A stretch of DNA of 63,977 nucleotides, counting the filler, from Ionaspis alba (Eukaryota): the NCBI GenBank assembly GCA_964255285.1. It is 3 parts of 3 records of this genome, joined end to end, with 100 filler letters (N's around TTAATTAATTAA, not from the genome) between each part and the next. Parts side by side here need not be neighbours in the genome. Positions count along the whole stretch, not along the records: positions 1 to 23,455 come from CAXUUL010000184.1; 2 more parts are not named here. One strand, written 5' to 3'. Position 1 is the first letter of the stretch; each line of letters begins with the position of its first letter. The translations under genes and the position numbers were made by a program. The notes beneath the pieces were generated by a model. It saw only the letters and a program-made list of their open reading frames with translations, was not told the origin of the DNA and searched no databases. Below are positions 1-13,200 of this stretch, piece after piece.

Positions 1-220
1 CCCCTCGCGTGTCAATTTCTGGCCAAAAAACCCCGCCACCATTGGACTTGCTGTAGGCTCCTTCAACCAGCTTTTTCGACCGCACCTGTTCCTACCTGCC
101 TACTGAGCCGGTACAGTCAGGTATATCAGCGGAATTATCAAATCCCAACTTCCGCATTGTCAATTGTACACCTGCTCGCCGGATAACTCCCTGATCAGTC
201 CTCCACCTTCTGCCGCCGAC

Positions 221-829
221 ATGCAGGCCATGCCAGATGCTCGTCAGCAATCCTTTGAAGAAATCTATGGACCTCCGGAGAATTTTCTCGAGATAGAGGT
301 ATACGAATTCTACCTCTTTTGTACTGCGTGGTGACCGGAGCTCCATACACTAACCGCCTTTCTCACCCCCAGGTCAAAAACCCCCAAACTCACGGCACAT
401 CACGTAACATGTACACCGACTACGAGATCGTCTGCCGAACCAACATTCCCGCCTTTAAGCTCAAGCACAGCACCGTCCGGCGCCGCTATTCCGATTTCGA
501 GTACTTCCGCGACATTCTCGAGAGAGAAAGTGCAAGAGTGACCATTCCCCCGCTGCCCGGCAAGGTCTTTACGAACCGATTTAGCGATGATGTGATAGAG
601 CACCGGAGGGAAGGACTACAAAGATTCCTTCAGATCGTCGTCGGGCATCCGTTGCTGCAGACCGGGAGTAAGGTGTTGGCAAGCTTCGTACAGGGTGAGT
701 CAGAGCTTCCCCGTTGTTTCAGTGGAGTCGGAGCGGGAGCTACCTAATGTCCTTGAAGGAGTGGAGAGGTCAAGAAGCTTGTGCTAACTCGCTCTCACAG
801 ATCCCAACTGGGACAGAAACTCTTGGTAA
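221..829 (+). CDS. SNX3: Sorting nexin-3 (PX domain); exons 221-298, 373-694, 801-829
   Basis: [26 protein letters not shown] / VKNPQTHG...[32 protein letters not shown] / DPNWDRNSW*; two GT-AG introns with CTAAC branch sites. Confidence 0.96.
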
Positions 830-1665
830 GAACGGATGGGTTCGGAAGTGCTACTCACAAAATGGGAGTGTTGATAATGGACACGAGACCGAGCGATACC
901 AAGCGACAATGTCGGCGTTACATGGTTGTAAGATTGAATTTATATGTGTTGTTGTACCTGCATGCAACGTGATGCTTCTCCGCTGAACGCTGAACGATGT
1001 CCCCTCAATCCCAACGCTATGTGGTTGCTAGGGACGTTACATCTATCAATCGACGACGACGACATACAAGTGAACAGGAGGATCTAATGTCCGTTCGACC
1101 ACATGCTCTCAAGAATTGTTCCTCATTGTTCCTGGGCCCCTAGACGCCAACACATCTCCAGCTTCGAAGGCGTGTCTTACCAAACTGCCAAATCTTTTGC
1201 GGCCGAATAGTCTTGTTGGAGGGTTGTGCAAAGCAAAAACGACGGGCAGTAGGAGATGTACGAAATTCAGATTCTCGTCACTTAGAGCATAGCGGATGGT
1301 GGAGGAGGGACTTGCTTGGTTCATTCACAGGTTGCTGTACTTGTCACGGCTTTGAGATCCAATAGATCGGACTCGAAGGAAGGCACTGCTGAGTTAGGAC
1401 TTCTGACAAGTTCTGCATTCCAGTTTCCTAGTCCCTCATTTAGAGCTAGATTGAGCAGTATGATGGCTAACAAGGCCAAGGATTCGGAACGCTGTGCTCA
1501 ATAACGTGAATCCGAACGAAACAACCGACGCAGAAACGTCCCTTTCCGAAGTGACGCTTGGAGAGGGCTACAACGGCTTTACTGCTTCCAGCCCAATACG
1601 TGGAAACAGCATGAAAACCTTCCTAGATTGAGCGCCAACAATCGTCAGGCTCCGTTTCTCGAGAC

Positions 1666-3541
1666 CTAGTCTATGTCAAACAAAGGACGAGGCGCCAGGT
1701 CCTCCCAATTCACAGGGGGAAGTGTCAGGCTGTCTGAACCCCATTCGTCGTAGAGATATCTTGAAGGAGGCAACCGGCCAGCTTCTTCTTCTGCTTCCTC
1801 TTGTCTTTCTTCTGCACCGTCTTTGGCGTGATTGTCGTCGTTCAGAAGACTGAGAATACCCAGATTGCGGGCCTCATCTCCCGCAACGGACGACTGCCTA
1901 CTCCTTTCATCCTTCGACTTGTAGAGCTCTGGTGCAACCTCTTTCTCAGGCCGAAATGGAAGATCCGATCCCATGTCCAGTTTCTGTGCGCCTTCCGAGG
2001 CTGACGCGAAGGGGTTGTACGGCGACGGCGGATCAGACCGTTCTAGAAGTGTTGTAGCAGGCGCAATCATAGATATTTGGTTCGAATTTGTAGTCCTTTT
2101 CTTCGCTCTGGGACCTGGTGATGTTTGAGGGCTGATTCTAGCCATATCGGCCAATTGTATAGGCACGCTCGATGCGTAAGCGTGTGGCTGGGTCAGCCTG
2201 AAGCGATCACGTACCTGAGCACCCGTACGACCGCTCAGGTTCAGTTCTCTATCTTTTGCAATCATTGTCCAGGCAAATCCATGCTTTTGGTAACCCTTGA
2301 TCAGGGATGCATCTTCCTCCTTCGTCCAGCGTGGTGGTCTGTTTCGGCGAGCTCTGAAAGGTTCTGATACTGCTAACTCGGTGCTCTGCTCCCTTTGAGA
2401 GTCCTTTACAGGTTGGTTTCTTTCCTCCTCGTCATTAACAGGCGTGAACGTATTACTTACCGAATTTGCTGAACCCATCTGTCCTTGAGCCGGTTTAGGC
2501 TGCGATGCCTGGTCATCTGGCTGATGCTTCGGTTGGAGGTGCGCAGGGCCTGAATTTGGCATCGACGTCTCTTTTTCAGTTATACGAGAGTTGGAGAGTA
2601 AGGACTTTATATGTGGCACAGAAACCTGCCTCGGCCTGACATTGCCTGAACCAAGAACCTGGCGCGCGCCTAGTCGGCTGAGTGTCTTTTCTTCGCTCAT
2701 TTTCCATGTGCGATACCTGCATTATGATTAGTGCCATCGAAGTCTTCTATCATGCCCTTCTTGCCCACCTGTCCTTAAGATCCACTGGCGTTCGTTCTCT
2801 ATGGAAAGAGAATTCCGGATCGTTGATGATCTTCTTCCATTTGCCCACACCATAAAGCTCTACACCCTTGATCAGATCCTTGGTCTCCTCTTCCGTCCAC
2901 CGTCTCCTTAGTCGGAGACACACCCGCTTGGTCTTCTCAATCCGCTCATTGTCTTGCGAGACACGATTAACTGGATTTGCTTGTTCCTTGCATCGATCTT
3001 GAATTGTGGAAGAGTTGCGGTGATAATCATACGTGATATCTTCTTCTCTCCCCTGTGATGCGCCGGGTGTTATAGGTGGGAAACGTGCTGCGCTGGGTGG
3101 AGGTTCGTGGAGCTCGTTGAGTATAGGGACAGGGTTGAATGGTGGCGGTTTCTCTATCTTCGTCTTGGATCTTGGTTTTGGTAGCTTCACAAAGTCTGTC
3201 ATACGACCATTATCTACAATCTTGTGCCGCTTTTGTGATTGATGTGCATTCTCTGTCCCGTCCGCTTTTCAAGTCAGAACAACCTTGGGAAGAGCTTTGG
3301 TATTGCTTGCCTCACTTTCGCCAATCGATTTTGCTTCTGCAAGGGCCTCTCTACGGGAGATCAGCTTGGTGGCCGTGCCGTGTGATGCTTCGTTGATTCG
3401 AGCATTCGGCTCAAGGGGGGAGGGTCGGCTGGACGAACTGAGAGGGAGAGGGTTTTGGAGTGGGGGAATTCGAAGCGAAGGATCATAGGGAAACACGTCG
3501 TGATCATCAAGCAAGGAAAATAGGCGATGGTCTGCCGACAT
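1666..3541 (-). CDS. Double-Myb (telobox-type) DNA-binding protein, Tay1/Teb1-like; predicted introns 3265-3315 and 2717-2768
   Basis: Two TRF-like Myb repeats: RRRWTEEETKDLIKGVELYGVGKWKKI...RTPVDLKDR and PRWTKEEDASLIKGYQKHGFAWTMI...RTGAQVRDRFR; the two introns join three ORF-track pieces in frame. Confidence 0.8.
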
Positions 3542-3800
3542 GGCTTTAAGATTGCACCATGACTGAGCTATAACGCTGTTAGCTACTGGCAATCGTGAGT
3601 ATGCCATGGAAAACATAAGGTGATTGTTGGTCATAAACACGCACAGAAATACTCCGATCAATCAGACAGGCCCTCAAATATACAGCGTTTAGCCCTACAA
3701 GCATGTATAAACACTCTGGAGGAACAGTGTGCTTGTGTTCACGGCTCAAAGAAATGTGAAGCTTCTCGGCTTGTCCTACCGAACCGACGCGCAGGTTCGG

Positions 3801-4339
3801 CCAATCCGCGTAGGGAGAGTCAAGAGTCAGAGTCAAAACTAATCCCAAATAGGATATAATACTTCAATTATTTCATGACTTATATATATTTCATAGTATT
3901 TTCGAAGTTTTGTCGCAAAATCACAAAGGTAAGGTTTTTTTTCCGGATAATTGTACTAACTACTTATCTAGTCTATATGGAAAGCCTCTAATTGAGGCTG
4001 TGATACGTCTTTTAAAAAGACTTCTTTTTAAAAAGAACCAACTCGTTCGGCCAGTCAACGATATCGACAGCCTCATCAAAAAGCGAGAAGGCGGGAAAGA
4101 CAATAAACGAAAAAGAGAAAAAAAAAGGAGACGACAACGGTACCAAAACCAAATAACTTCGTTGAAGGGTCAATCGAGTAAGATAGACGTTTGTAGTCGC
4201 TTTTAAGGGTCACGGGAATAATTTTATCGTAGATTTTTTATATTTGGCCAATCCTCTCGAACTTGTATGGAAACTTCAGTAAGTTACCCTTTCTGTATTA
4301 GTTTTGACCCTGACTCTTGACTCTCCCTACGCGGATTGG
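3801..4339. mobile_element. Non-autonomous DNA transposon (MITE), 539 bp, 43-bp terminal inverted repeats
   Basis: Left CCAATCCGCGTAGGGAGAGTCAAGAGTCAGAGTCAAAACTAAT (3801-3843) matches the reverse complement of 4297-4339 at 42/43 nt; AT-rich non-coding interior; no clean TSD. Confidence 0.85.
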
Positions 4340-4640
4340 GTTTAGCGGGAAGAGCCGCTGCACTGGAACCAAAAGCATTCTACGGCGCAGACGAGATTTG
4401 CAGAATTTCCACTCTCCGTTCAACCATTCTTGTATCTCAGCCAGCACGGGAACCAGAATATGCCTTCAATGTTGTCCACTGTTCGGTTACCACTCATTGC
4501 TCGACCGACTGAAAAGTGACTTGGCACAGCCAAAAACTCTTGCAACTCACCTATGTTATGGGTACCCTTTGAGCTAGAACATTACGTAGTCTCCTAAACC
4601 TCAAGCTCTGATCGTCACACCGCTTGCACAGCACATCTGC

Positions 4641-6131
4641 ATGATAATCATGGCGACCCCGAATCCTACTAGCTCCAAGAACGTTTCTGCCTCACAGGAC
4701 AAGCGTGTCAACGAATACATCCCAAGCTTTATCTCCAAGAAGCCCTTCTATATTGATAGTGACGACGCTCAAAACGATTACCTTGAGCATCAGCGTCTGC
4801 AGAAAGCTGCCACCGACCAGTCGAAATGGTACGACCGAGGCAAACGACTCGGACCTGCGGCGACCAAGTTCCGCAAGGGAGCATGCGAAAACTGCGGTGC
4901 GATGACACATAAAACGAAGGAATGTCTAAGTCGGCCACGAGCGAAAGGAGCGAGGTGGACCGGTCAGGATATCGAAGCAGACGAGGTGGTGCAGGACGTG
5001 GAATTAGGCTGGGATGCTAAAAGGGATCGGTGGAACGGATACAATGCTACCGATTATCAAGCCGTCATTGATGAGTACGAAGAGCTGGAGAGTTTAAAGA
5101 AGGTGGCCAAGGGTGGTGAGCGAAAGGAGGAGGCCCCTTTGACGGAAGGTGACGGAGATACACAAGCTGAAGAAATGGAGGAGGCAAAGTACGCGGAGGA
5201 GTCTGACATGGGAAGACAGCAGAGCACTGCCACGCGGAATCTGCGGCTGCGAGAAGACACCGCCAAATACCTCCTCAATCTAGACTTGGACTCTGCCAGG
5301 TACGACCCTAAGACCCGATCGATGGTGGACATGGGTGCACAGGCAGACCAGGCGGCTGCGTTGGTAGCTGAGGACAACTTCATGCGCGCTTCAGGTGATG
5401 CAGGGGAGTTTGAAAAAGCACAGAAATACGCGTGGGAATCGCAGGAGCGTGGGGACAAGAATAAGACTCATGTCCAGGCCAACCCGACGTCTGGCGAGTA
5501 TTTTTTACGCAAGCAGAAGGCCGAGAAAGATGCTCGCCAAGAAGCGCATCGAGGGATGTTATTGGCAAAGTATGGTGGCGAACAACATCTACAACCTGCA
5601 CCATTGAGAGATGCCGCAATAACGGAAAGTGAGCAGTATGCCGAATATGACGAGTCCGGCGCTATCAGAGGTGCCCCCAACACTATGGCTAGGTCGAGAT
5701 ATCCAGAAGACATCTATATTAACAATCATATCTCCGTGTGGGGTAGTTGGTGGAAAGATTTCCGATGGGGATACTCTTGCTGCCACTCGACAGTCAAAAA
5801 CAGTTACTGCACAGGCGATGAAGGCCGGAGGGCTTTCGAAGAAGCAGATCAGATCAGAACTGGTGGGGAGCTGGAACAAGGCGACTCAAGCCAAGCTCTG
5901 CAAAGAAACTTCATGAATACAGACAAGCCGGCCACGAAAGATCATCCTTTGGATAAAAATTTGACGGCCATGCCCTCAGATGACAGAACGACGAGCTTAT
6001 CCAATAAACGAAGCTTAGCAAATATGAAGGGAGGTGTGAGCGAAGATGAGATTGAGGCATACAAAAAGTCACGAACTGTGGCAGATGACCCAATGGCTCA
6101 GTTCTTAGGAAAAGACGAACTGATTCGGTGA
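4641..6131 (+). CDS. SLU7: Pre-mRNA splicing factor Slu7 (start may be ATG 4650)
   Basis: [14 protein letters not shown], zinc knuckle [56 protein letters not shown]; single exon. Confidence 0.97.
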   Translation: MIIMATPNPTSSKNVSASQDKRVNEYIPSFISKKPFYIDSDDAQNDYLEHQRLQKAATDQSKWYDRGKRLGPAATKFRKGACENCGAMTHKTKECLSRPRAKGARWTGQDIEADEVVQDVELGWDAKRDRWNGYNATDYQAVIDEYEELESLKKVAKGGERKEEAPLTEGDGDTQAEEMEEAKYAEESDMGRQQSTATRNLRLREDTAKYLLNLDLDSARYDPKTRSMVDMGAQADQAAALVAEDNFMRASGDAGEFEKAQKYAWESQERGDKNKTHVQANPTSGEYFLRKQKAEKDARQEAHRGMLLAKYGGEQHLQPAPLRDAAITESEQYAEYDESGAIRGAPNTMARSRYPEDIYINNHISVWGSWWKDFRWGYSCCHSTVKNSYCTGDEGRRAFEEADQIRTGGELEQGDSSQALQRNFMNTDKPATKDHPLDKNLTAMPSDDRTTSLSNKRSLANMKGGVSEDEIEAYKKSRTVADDPMAQFLGKDELIR

Positions 6132-6384
6132 AAACTGTTTTACGGAGCATGACAACGGTGTAAAAGTGTTTCCAGCAGAGGCCAATGTCTAGTACAATTG
6201 TTGATTCGTTACATGTAGATAGCAAATTCTAGCTCCATCATGAACATATTGCAGTTCTCATAGCAATTCGACTGCACATTAATCGAGCTAGAAGAACACA
6301 ATAGATACATTCTCGATGTGTTTCTTCCAGTCACTGAATTGCGATTTTGCAATTTCAATCCGATTCAGATCGTGCTTCATTAAC

Positions 6385-7190
6385 CTATTCGTCCTCTTCA
6401 TCCCCACCTTCGTCGTCCTTCTTCTCGGCGGCCTTAGCCTTCTTGCGCCTCACACGACCAGGACGTCCACCGCCAAACGGAGAAGTCAGAGCGAAATCAA
6501 TGTGCTTTTGCGAGTCGAGGCGAACAACAAAGGAAGGGACATTGACGATCTGTTTGCCGACGCTATAAAAATCTCCGAGTTAGCGACGCAAATCAAATCG
6601 AGTGCTCTGGGAATGGTTCGTACCGGATGTGACGCTGTCTGATGAGAACACGAGCGTGATGAATGCTTTTGGCTAAGCCCAGTTTGTAAACACACGTCTG
6701 CAGACGTCGCTCCAAGAAATCCTCAACCTTGAGGGCCAGGACATAATCGAGCTTCATGCGGGACTCGTCGAGCACACCGACACGAACAAGACGACGGATG
6801 AGCGCATTGCCCTCGAAGAGACGCTTGGGGTCCTTTTCGTCTAAGGTGAGGAGCTGGCTGTAGTACATCAGTCTCTTGCTCATTTGGCATCGTCCGATAT
6901 CGTACCGGGCTGCACGTCGTATTTTGGAAAGCGTCAAGAGCACTCGCCAGACCTCACGCTTATTACGTAGACCATATTCTCCGATAATCTTCAACTCTGA
7001 ATCTCTAAGGATGGAGTCAGAATATGTTCACGACATGAGCCTGGGACAAGCCCAGCTCAGTGGCCGGACGTCACTCACAAACGAGCAGACTCAAAAGCTA
7101 CAAGGCGTTAACGTGAGCTTCGGACAATCTATAGAATCACTTACGACGCCGAGGGACCTTGTAGGTCTTGGAGGTTGAGCGAGGGGCCAT
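6385..7190 (-). CDS. RPS9: 40S ribosomal protein S9 (uS4); 5 exons including a 19-nt microexon at 7079-7097
   Basis: [15 protein letters not shown] / PFESARL / [21 protein letters not shown] / [22 protein letters not shown]...FLERRLQT...[14 protein letters not shown]; four GT-AG introns. Confidence 0.97.
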
Positions 7191-7702
7191 CTTGGAGCTT
7201 CAAGTTGGCAGGTTGTCCCAAGCAAAAGAAGTGCATTCAATTTGAATCGTATTTGCATTTGTGGGAAGTGAAGAGCGCTAGCTCTAGCGTATGATAAATG
7301 ACTACTAGCATAGACTGTACTGTAATCTTTCGATACGCTACGTCTGGAAATCTGTTACCGAACCTCAGGGAACGGCGTTTCCGTACAATGTGAATAACTA
7401 CTCAAGGACACCTAGAATAATAATAATGTTGAGTTGAAGACAGTCTTGCTTACGATCTCCGAAAGACTTTTGCAAGTACACCTTGGTGGCCGTCTCCAGC
7501 GCTCTCGTCAGACAAAAATTTTAAGCTTGCATCGACTTTTCGTGCTCCGAGCAAACGCGTGGCATACAGGCTTTCTCGCGTAATGTAAGTTACTAGCCGT
7601 ACATCAGTACCCGGCTTGGCAAAGCCAACCCACGACAACTTGTCGAAATTCGGATGTCCAATTTTGTTTTCAAATTCAGTCGTCAACGTTCAAGCAGGCA
7701 GG

Positions 7703-8486
7703 ATGGGTCACTCAGGTGGTCTTCGTGCCGGTACCCGGGTATGTATCAGCACCTCTTGATAGTGTCCCCCAGTGTGTTTCTTGTAGTCCTGCAGTGTCCT
7801 TTTCTGGTACTGGTTGGACCACGATCCAAGACCGTCATCAAGTGCCTCGAAATACTTGTTTATAGCCTACGACATTAGACGCTGACTCCTTTGATAGTAT
7901 GCCTTCAGTCGAGATTTTAAGAAGAAGGGCATGATCAAACTATCAACCTATCTTCGCACGTACAAGTCAGTCTCTCCCTTCACATCTTCATTGCTATATG
8001 CTGACAGAATTACAGGACAGGGGATATCGTTGATCTCAAGACCAATGGAGCCGTCCAAAAGGGGTCAGTTCTTACCATCTTTGAATTTACGCGACGATCC
8101 TGCCGCCAATATCCGATGCTGTATATGCAATCCAATAGCTCTAACTTTAGTTCAGTATGCCACACAAAGTCTACCATGGTAAGACCGGGGTTGTCTACAA
8201 CGTAACCAAGAGCGCGGTTGGAGTTATTATCTACAAGAAAGTTGGAAACCGATACATCGAAAAGAGGGTCAACGTCCGCACCGAGCATGTTTCTCTTTCA
8301 CGTTCGCGAGAGGACTTCATCAGGCGGGTCAAGGAAAACGCTGTGAACAAGAAGAAGGCGAAGGAAGAGGGATCACATATGCACTTAAAACGTCAACCCG
8401 CTATGCCGAGGGAAGCAAGGACGATAGACGCGAAAAAGAATGTGCCGGAGACGATCACGCCCATTCCTTACGAGACCACTATTTAA
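7703..8486 (+). CDS. RPL21: 60S ribosomal protein L21 (eL21); 4 exons
   Basis: MGHSGGLRAGTR / YAFSRDFKKKGMIKLSTYLRTYK / GDIVDLKTNGAVQKG / MPHKVYHGKTGVVYNVTKSAVGV...PIPYETTI. Confidence 0.97.
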
Positions 8487-9206
8487 GCTTTGCTTGGACG
8501 TGGATGGCTCGTGGTATTAGCTGATTACTGGCTTCAGAAATTGAATGCAGTTCCTTCTTGCAAAAACCTGTGCTCGGTCTGACACGATGACATTGACCGC
8601 CACTTTGAGTTTACGTCGTGAATCACCAAAAACACAATTTCTCCACAGCAATTACTATGAGCATGTAGAATCTACCGTCCGCATGCGGGGTTGGTGAAAT
8701 ATGTATATCGTGTCCGAGAGTTCCCAATTTCGAGGTGCATTTGATTGGCCACGAACGTCGCGACTGCTAACACCTATACCAGCAGAATGACTAGCAAGAC
8801 CAGTGAACGGCAAGAGCTAACCAACACGCATCGATGCCAAGCGCTGGATACAGCTTATGACCACTTAGAATAGTGGTCAGCATTGGAGCCTCATTTTCGT
8901 CAAAGGTAAAGCAACTTTAACGACGTCATGTGTTTCCGTCTATGCGAGTCTGTACTCCTGAACCGTCGTTCCCAGAATTCAGTATCTCCGATATGTTCTT
9001 GCAAGGGCCACCAGATGTTCTACTTGGAACAGGATGGCTGATTTTGCACCATTCATCCACATCCCGTTCGATATTCTTGAAATCCTAGAACTCTCGCATG
9101 CAGAGAGCACTCCCTATATCAACGTTGACTAATCACGCAACGATTCTCCTTCAAGCGACAGCAATTGACATTGCTATGATCATTAGACCACAAGCATGCC
9201 TCCGAC

Positions 9207-9733
9207 TTAGAGTGCTTTAGTTTTCGCCACCGTCTTATCCTTCCCCAACCAACCCATCAGGTAAGCAATTCGTGAGATGAAAAGCACGAGCGAGGCTCCT
9301 ATGTTCCCCCAGGTCATGCTATTCCAATTCGCCACGTTCACGGCTCGACTCCATCCAAGAACCCACAGGGTAGGAGCCATATGGCCAAGGTCAGCGAAGG
9401 CTAATATTGCAACATAAGCTCTGACAACACGCGCTTCAGTTGTGGTGTTCAAGATATAAAAGCCCAGAAGGCCAAGAAGTAAGTACGTATTGCCTAGTTG
9501 CATGGCAATGATCTGGGCATTAGGAGATGGTGCCAAGGTGTGGACATGGGACAGCGATGGGTATTGCTCTGCAATGAAGTTTTCGGTGTCGAGTAATGCC
9601 CTGAAGAAGCCAAAGGCTCTAGTATCCTCAGTACTATCCAGACGATTTATTGCATGATAGATGATGGCACCCACGTTGCAAGAGGCTCCAACACTGTGAA
9701 AATCAAACGAGGAACGGGAGCTAGAATTGCCAT
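9207..9733 (-). CDS. Small conserved fungal multi-pass membrane protein (DUF7704-like); one intron
   Basis: MAILAPVPRLIFTVLEPLAT, then a GTGGGT intron, then QLGNTYLLLGLLGFYIL...RAYVAILAFADLGH...WNSMTWGNIG; about four hydrophobic helices; family name from memory. Confidence 0.7.
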
Positions 9734-10295
9734 GGTGGTGATGCAAGTGGTCAGAGCAACAGCAGAGTAATGTCAACGTTGTTTCTGATATACGACAAGA
9801 AGAGGACATGTGAACGAATAGCTCGCACAAGAAGCATCAGTAAAGCTGCTTAAGTATCGCCTAGAGCTTAGAAAGTCGAGGCGCAGCACGAGCGTTGCGG
9901 TGTCCAACATGTTGGCGCCATGCCATTATAGATTCAATGCAAGGACAGCATCCTGTTACTAACCCTTTCCTACTTTAGTGTCCAGGCACACGACACAAGT
10001 AGAGGGTGCAGAAATGCTTCGAGACACGTGTTCGCTGCCGAACCAGCCACGCAGCCTTCGAGTAAAATGTACCCGGCCTAGTTTGCCAGCGATCGGGCTA
10101 TCGCGTCATCACACGCACGACATACCAGAAACTTTCCAGACGCGCAGTGATCATCGCATCCTTGCTCTTTCACGGTAGAACCCCACTATCGACAGCTTGA
10201 TTGCTCGGTCGTGCAGATATATCCAATTTAACGCTCCGAGAAATAATGTGCTTACAAACTAGAAACTCTATGAGCTCCCCTCCGCCCATTCTCTT

Positions 10296-13200
10296 ATGGA
10301 TGTCTTTCGTGTGCGCCTAAATTGTCTGGATCACTACCAGGCTGCGCCCACTGTATTCGATCCCAAGCTAAGGGGCCATGGAAAGCTTCAACAGAAGGAT
10401 CTACCTAACGTCCCTGTGATAAGAGTATTCGGTGCGACGGAGTCAGGGCAAAAAGTATGCGCTCATATTCATGGCGCCTTTCCCTATCTATACATCCAAT
10501 ATGATGGGAGCTTGAAGCAAGAAGAAGGCAAGCGACACGGTCTTGTCACTGAAGCCAATGCTGACGATTGATAGTCAATTTGCACATTCATCGCGTGCGT
10601 CTGTCCATTGACCATGCTCTGGCCGTCAGCTATCGCCGAAGCGCCAACGATGGAAAGACTACGTTCGTGGCGCACGTCACGCTTGTCAAAGGCATACCTT
10701 TCTATGGGTTCCATGTTGGATACAAGTTCTTCATGAAGATATACCTCCATAATCCGTTGCATATGACCAGGCTAGCCGATCTCTTGCGACAGGGAGCGGT
10801 TTTGAGCAAACCCATTCAACCTTACGAAAGTCACATGCAGTATCTACTACAGTGGATGTGCGACTACAATCTGTACGGATGTGCCTACCTCGATTGTAGC
10901 ACTGTTACTTTTCGAAGGCCTATCCCAGGCCATGTAGATATCAATAGCAAGATTCATAAATGGCACGATCAAACGATCCCCGAGCCCCTGATTGTGGATG
11001 ATGAAACTCTGCCTCGCCAGAGTCACTGCTCCATTGAAGTCGATGTCTGCGTCCAGAATATCCAGAATCGGCTGGAGATCAAGGAGAGGCGTCTCCACCA
11101 CGGCTTCCTGGAGCACATCAACCCCATCGAACCCAATGAGAAGTTGGTCCACAGCATGGCTGGCCTCTGGCGCGATGAAACTCGAAGACGGAAGGCTCGG
11201 ATGGCAGCGATGAATCCTGAAGGCAGCCCGTTCCCTCCAGAAGTCCTAATCTCAGTTTCCGCCGATCCTCGAAACACCGAGCCTGGAGGGTGGATTCACG
11301 AAGAAGAGTATGTCGAGAGGATGCTGGCCATAATGAAAGAGGAGCAGTTGCTCAATCCGGACGACAAAACAGGCTTTGCCAGTTTTGTGAAGCCTGAGTC
11401 GCTTGAAAGTGATGTTCCAACAGCATTTGAGAGCACAGAGGACTTATTTCCCAGCAATCTATTCAAGATTCTGTCCGCACAAGAATCATCACAAGCTGCT
11501 CTCCAACTCGCCAATGGGGCTGTGCATGAAGAAATAAGTATCGATGTTGACGAAAGCCGCATTCCATCGTCCACCGAGGAGGAACTTGCTTATTATTCAG
11601 ATGCAGATCTAGGTCGGATGTTAGATATCCCCCGTTGTGAGCAAGAAGATCCAATGACTGAGGAATTGAAATATGCCAATATTGAGTTAACCGGGATAGG
11701 GAATAAAGCAGGGTCCGGGTCAGGCATATCTACCAGGCAGGTCAAGGATGTCTCGGACGCTCTTCGTCGTCACGCTCCGGCTGAGAACAACAGCTCTGCG
11801 GAGTGGGCGGCACTCGGCATCCGGGAATCTCAAGACTATATCTATAGGGAGAACGATACCTTCAACGTCCCGAGAGACTACTCGAGTGATTTGGGTTCTG
11901 CTGCTACCCGACGAAAGAGGACAGAATCTCCAGGTCCCGCATCAGAGCGCCCAACAAAACGTCGCAAGAGCGTTCATGCTGACTATCCTCCTGACCTAGA
12001 TGAACCTAACAAGCTACTACCTATCGAGCTTTCTGGTGGCACCAATTTGCTAGACCCCAAGATAGGAGTAAGCTCATCTCCGTACGTGTTGCACGAAAAT
12101 TTGTTGAGCGAGGGGATGCTGTATCCACCACCGTCATTGCCAGACACGAGGACGGAGAACAGCGCGGGCATTCCAAAGGCTTCGACCCAAGATGCAACCA
12201 GAATCGAGAGTAGGAGTAGATTCTACGGCGATAGGACTTTATCCTTTCCGATTTTCAGCTGCCCTCAAGATCTGGAAACAACCCTAACGTCGAAGCGGGC
12301 CAAGTCATCTCATGTCAAGGTCATGCTAAGGTCCAATCAAGAACGCATTTCCTCGAATACACCAACTCATGTACAGTCAAGTGTGGCTAGTTCTTCCAAA
12401 AACCCAGCGTGCCATATAGTAGAGAATGGTACACCCCAATCACCCGAGGTTGCATCACTTGCACCGCGACTACACCACGCCTTTCAGGTTGTTTCGGCCT
12501 CTCAGATTCTACTCTTCGACACGGCAGCGCCTAATCCGTCTGACGTATCGATGAGCATGCATAACCCTGATACACTGTCTGCCATTCATCTGGATGCACA
12601 CTATGGCGATGAACGAGATGTTCCGGAAAGAATCAGGGAATACGCAGGGAGAGGCTTCAAACTTGGAGGCACTTCAGTGCCATTCCTGCCTGATTTCGAT
12701 GCGATGGGCAAAGAAAGTAAGGGATCTATGACCGAAAGGACCGGGAATATCTTCGATAGAATCGCCGACGAGGAGACGTATCGAAGGGAGAGGAGGAAGT
12801 GTGGTCTGCGCACTTGGGAGATTGGGGAGCCTGCTCCTACCTGGCAAGAAGTGCAATATTGGATTGACAGTAGTGATAAGTCGAATGGTATGTCCAAACA
12901 AGAGTCTCGGAAGAGACCTATAGGAAAGCTATCCCAGATTGATGGTTCTACCCAAAAAAATAAACATGGATTCAAATACTCTCAGAAGCAGATTTCTACC
13001 AGCGTAAAACACGAGACGCAATATATGAGCATCATGAGCCTTGAAATTCACGTCAATACTCGCGGCAGCTTACTTCCCAACCCCGAAGAAGACGAGATAG
13101 CTTGTCTCTTCTGGTGCCTCCAGTCTGACGGCGCCGAGCTCGAGACGAACAACAACAACGACGGTATCCATGTTGGTATACTGGTGCTGTCAGAGTCTGG

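Noticed and set aside
3265..3315. In-frame TGA (3271-3269) in the Myb gene, suggesting readthrough, RNA editing or a pseudogene
   Set aside because: It lies inside a plausible 51-nt GTGAGG..CTGAC..AAG intron whose removal keeps the frame
3910..4206. 98-aa Lys/Arg-rich ORF inside the MITE as a transposase
   Set aside because: TTG start, derived from A-rich low complexity, no DDE or HTH motif
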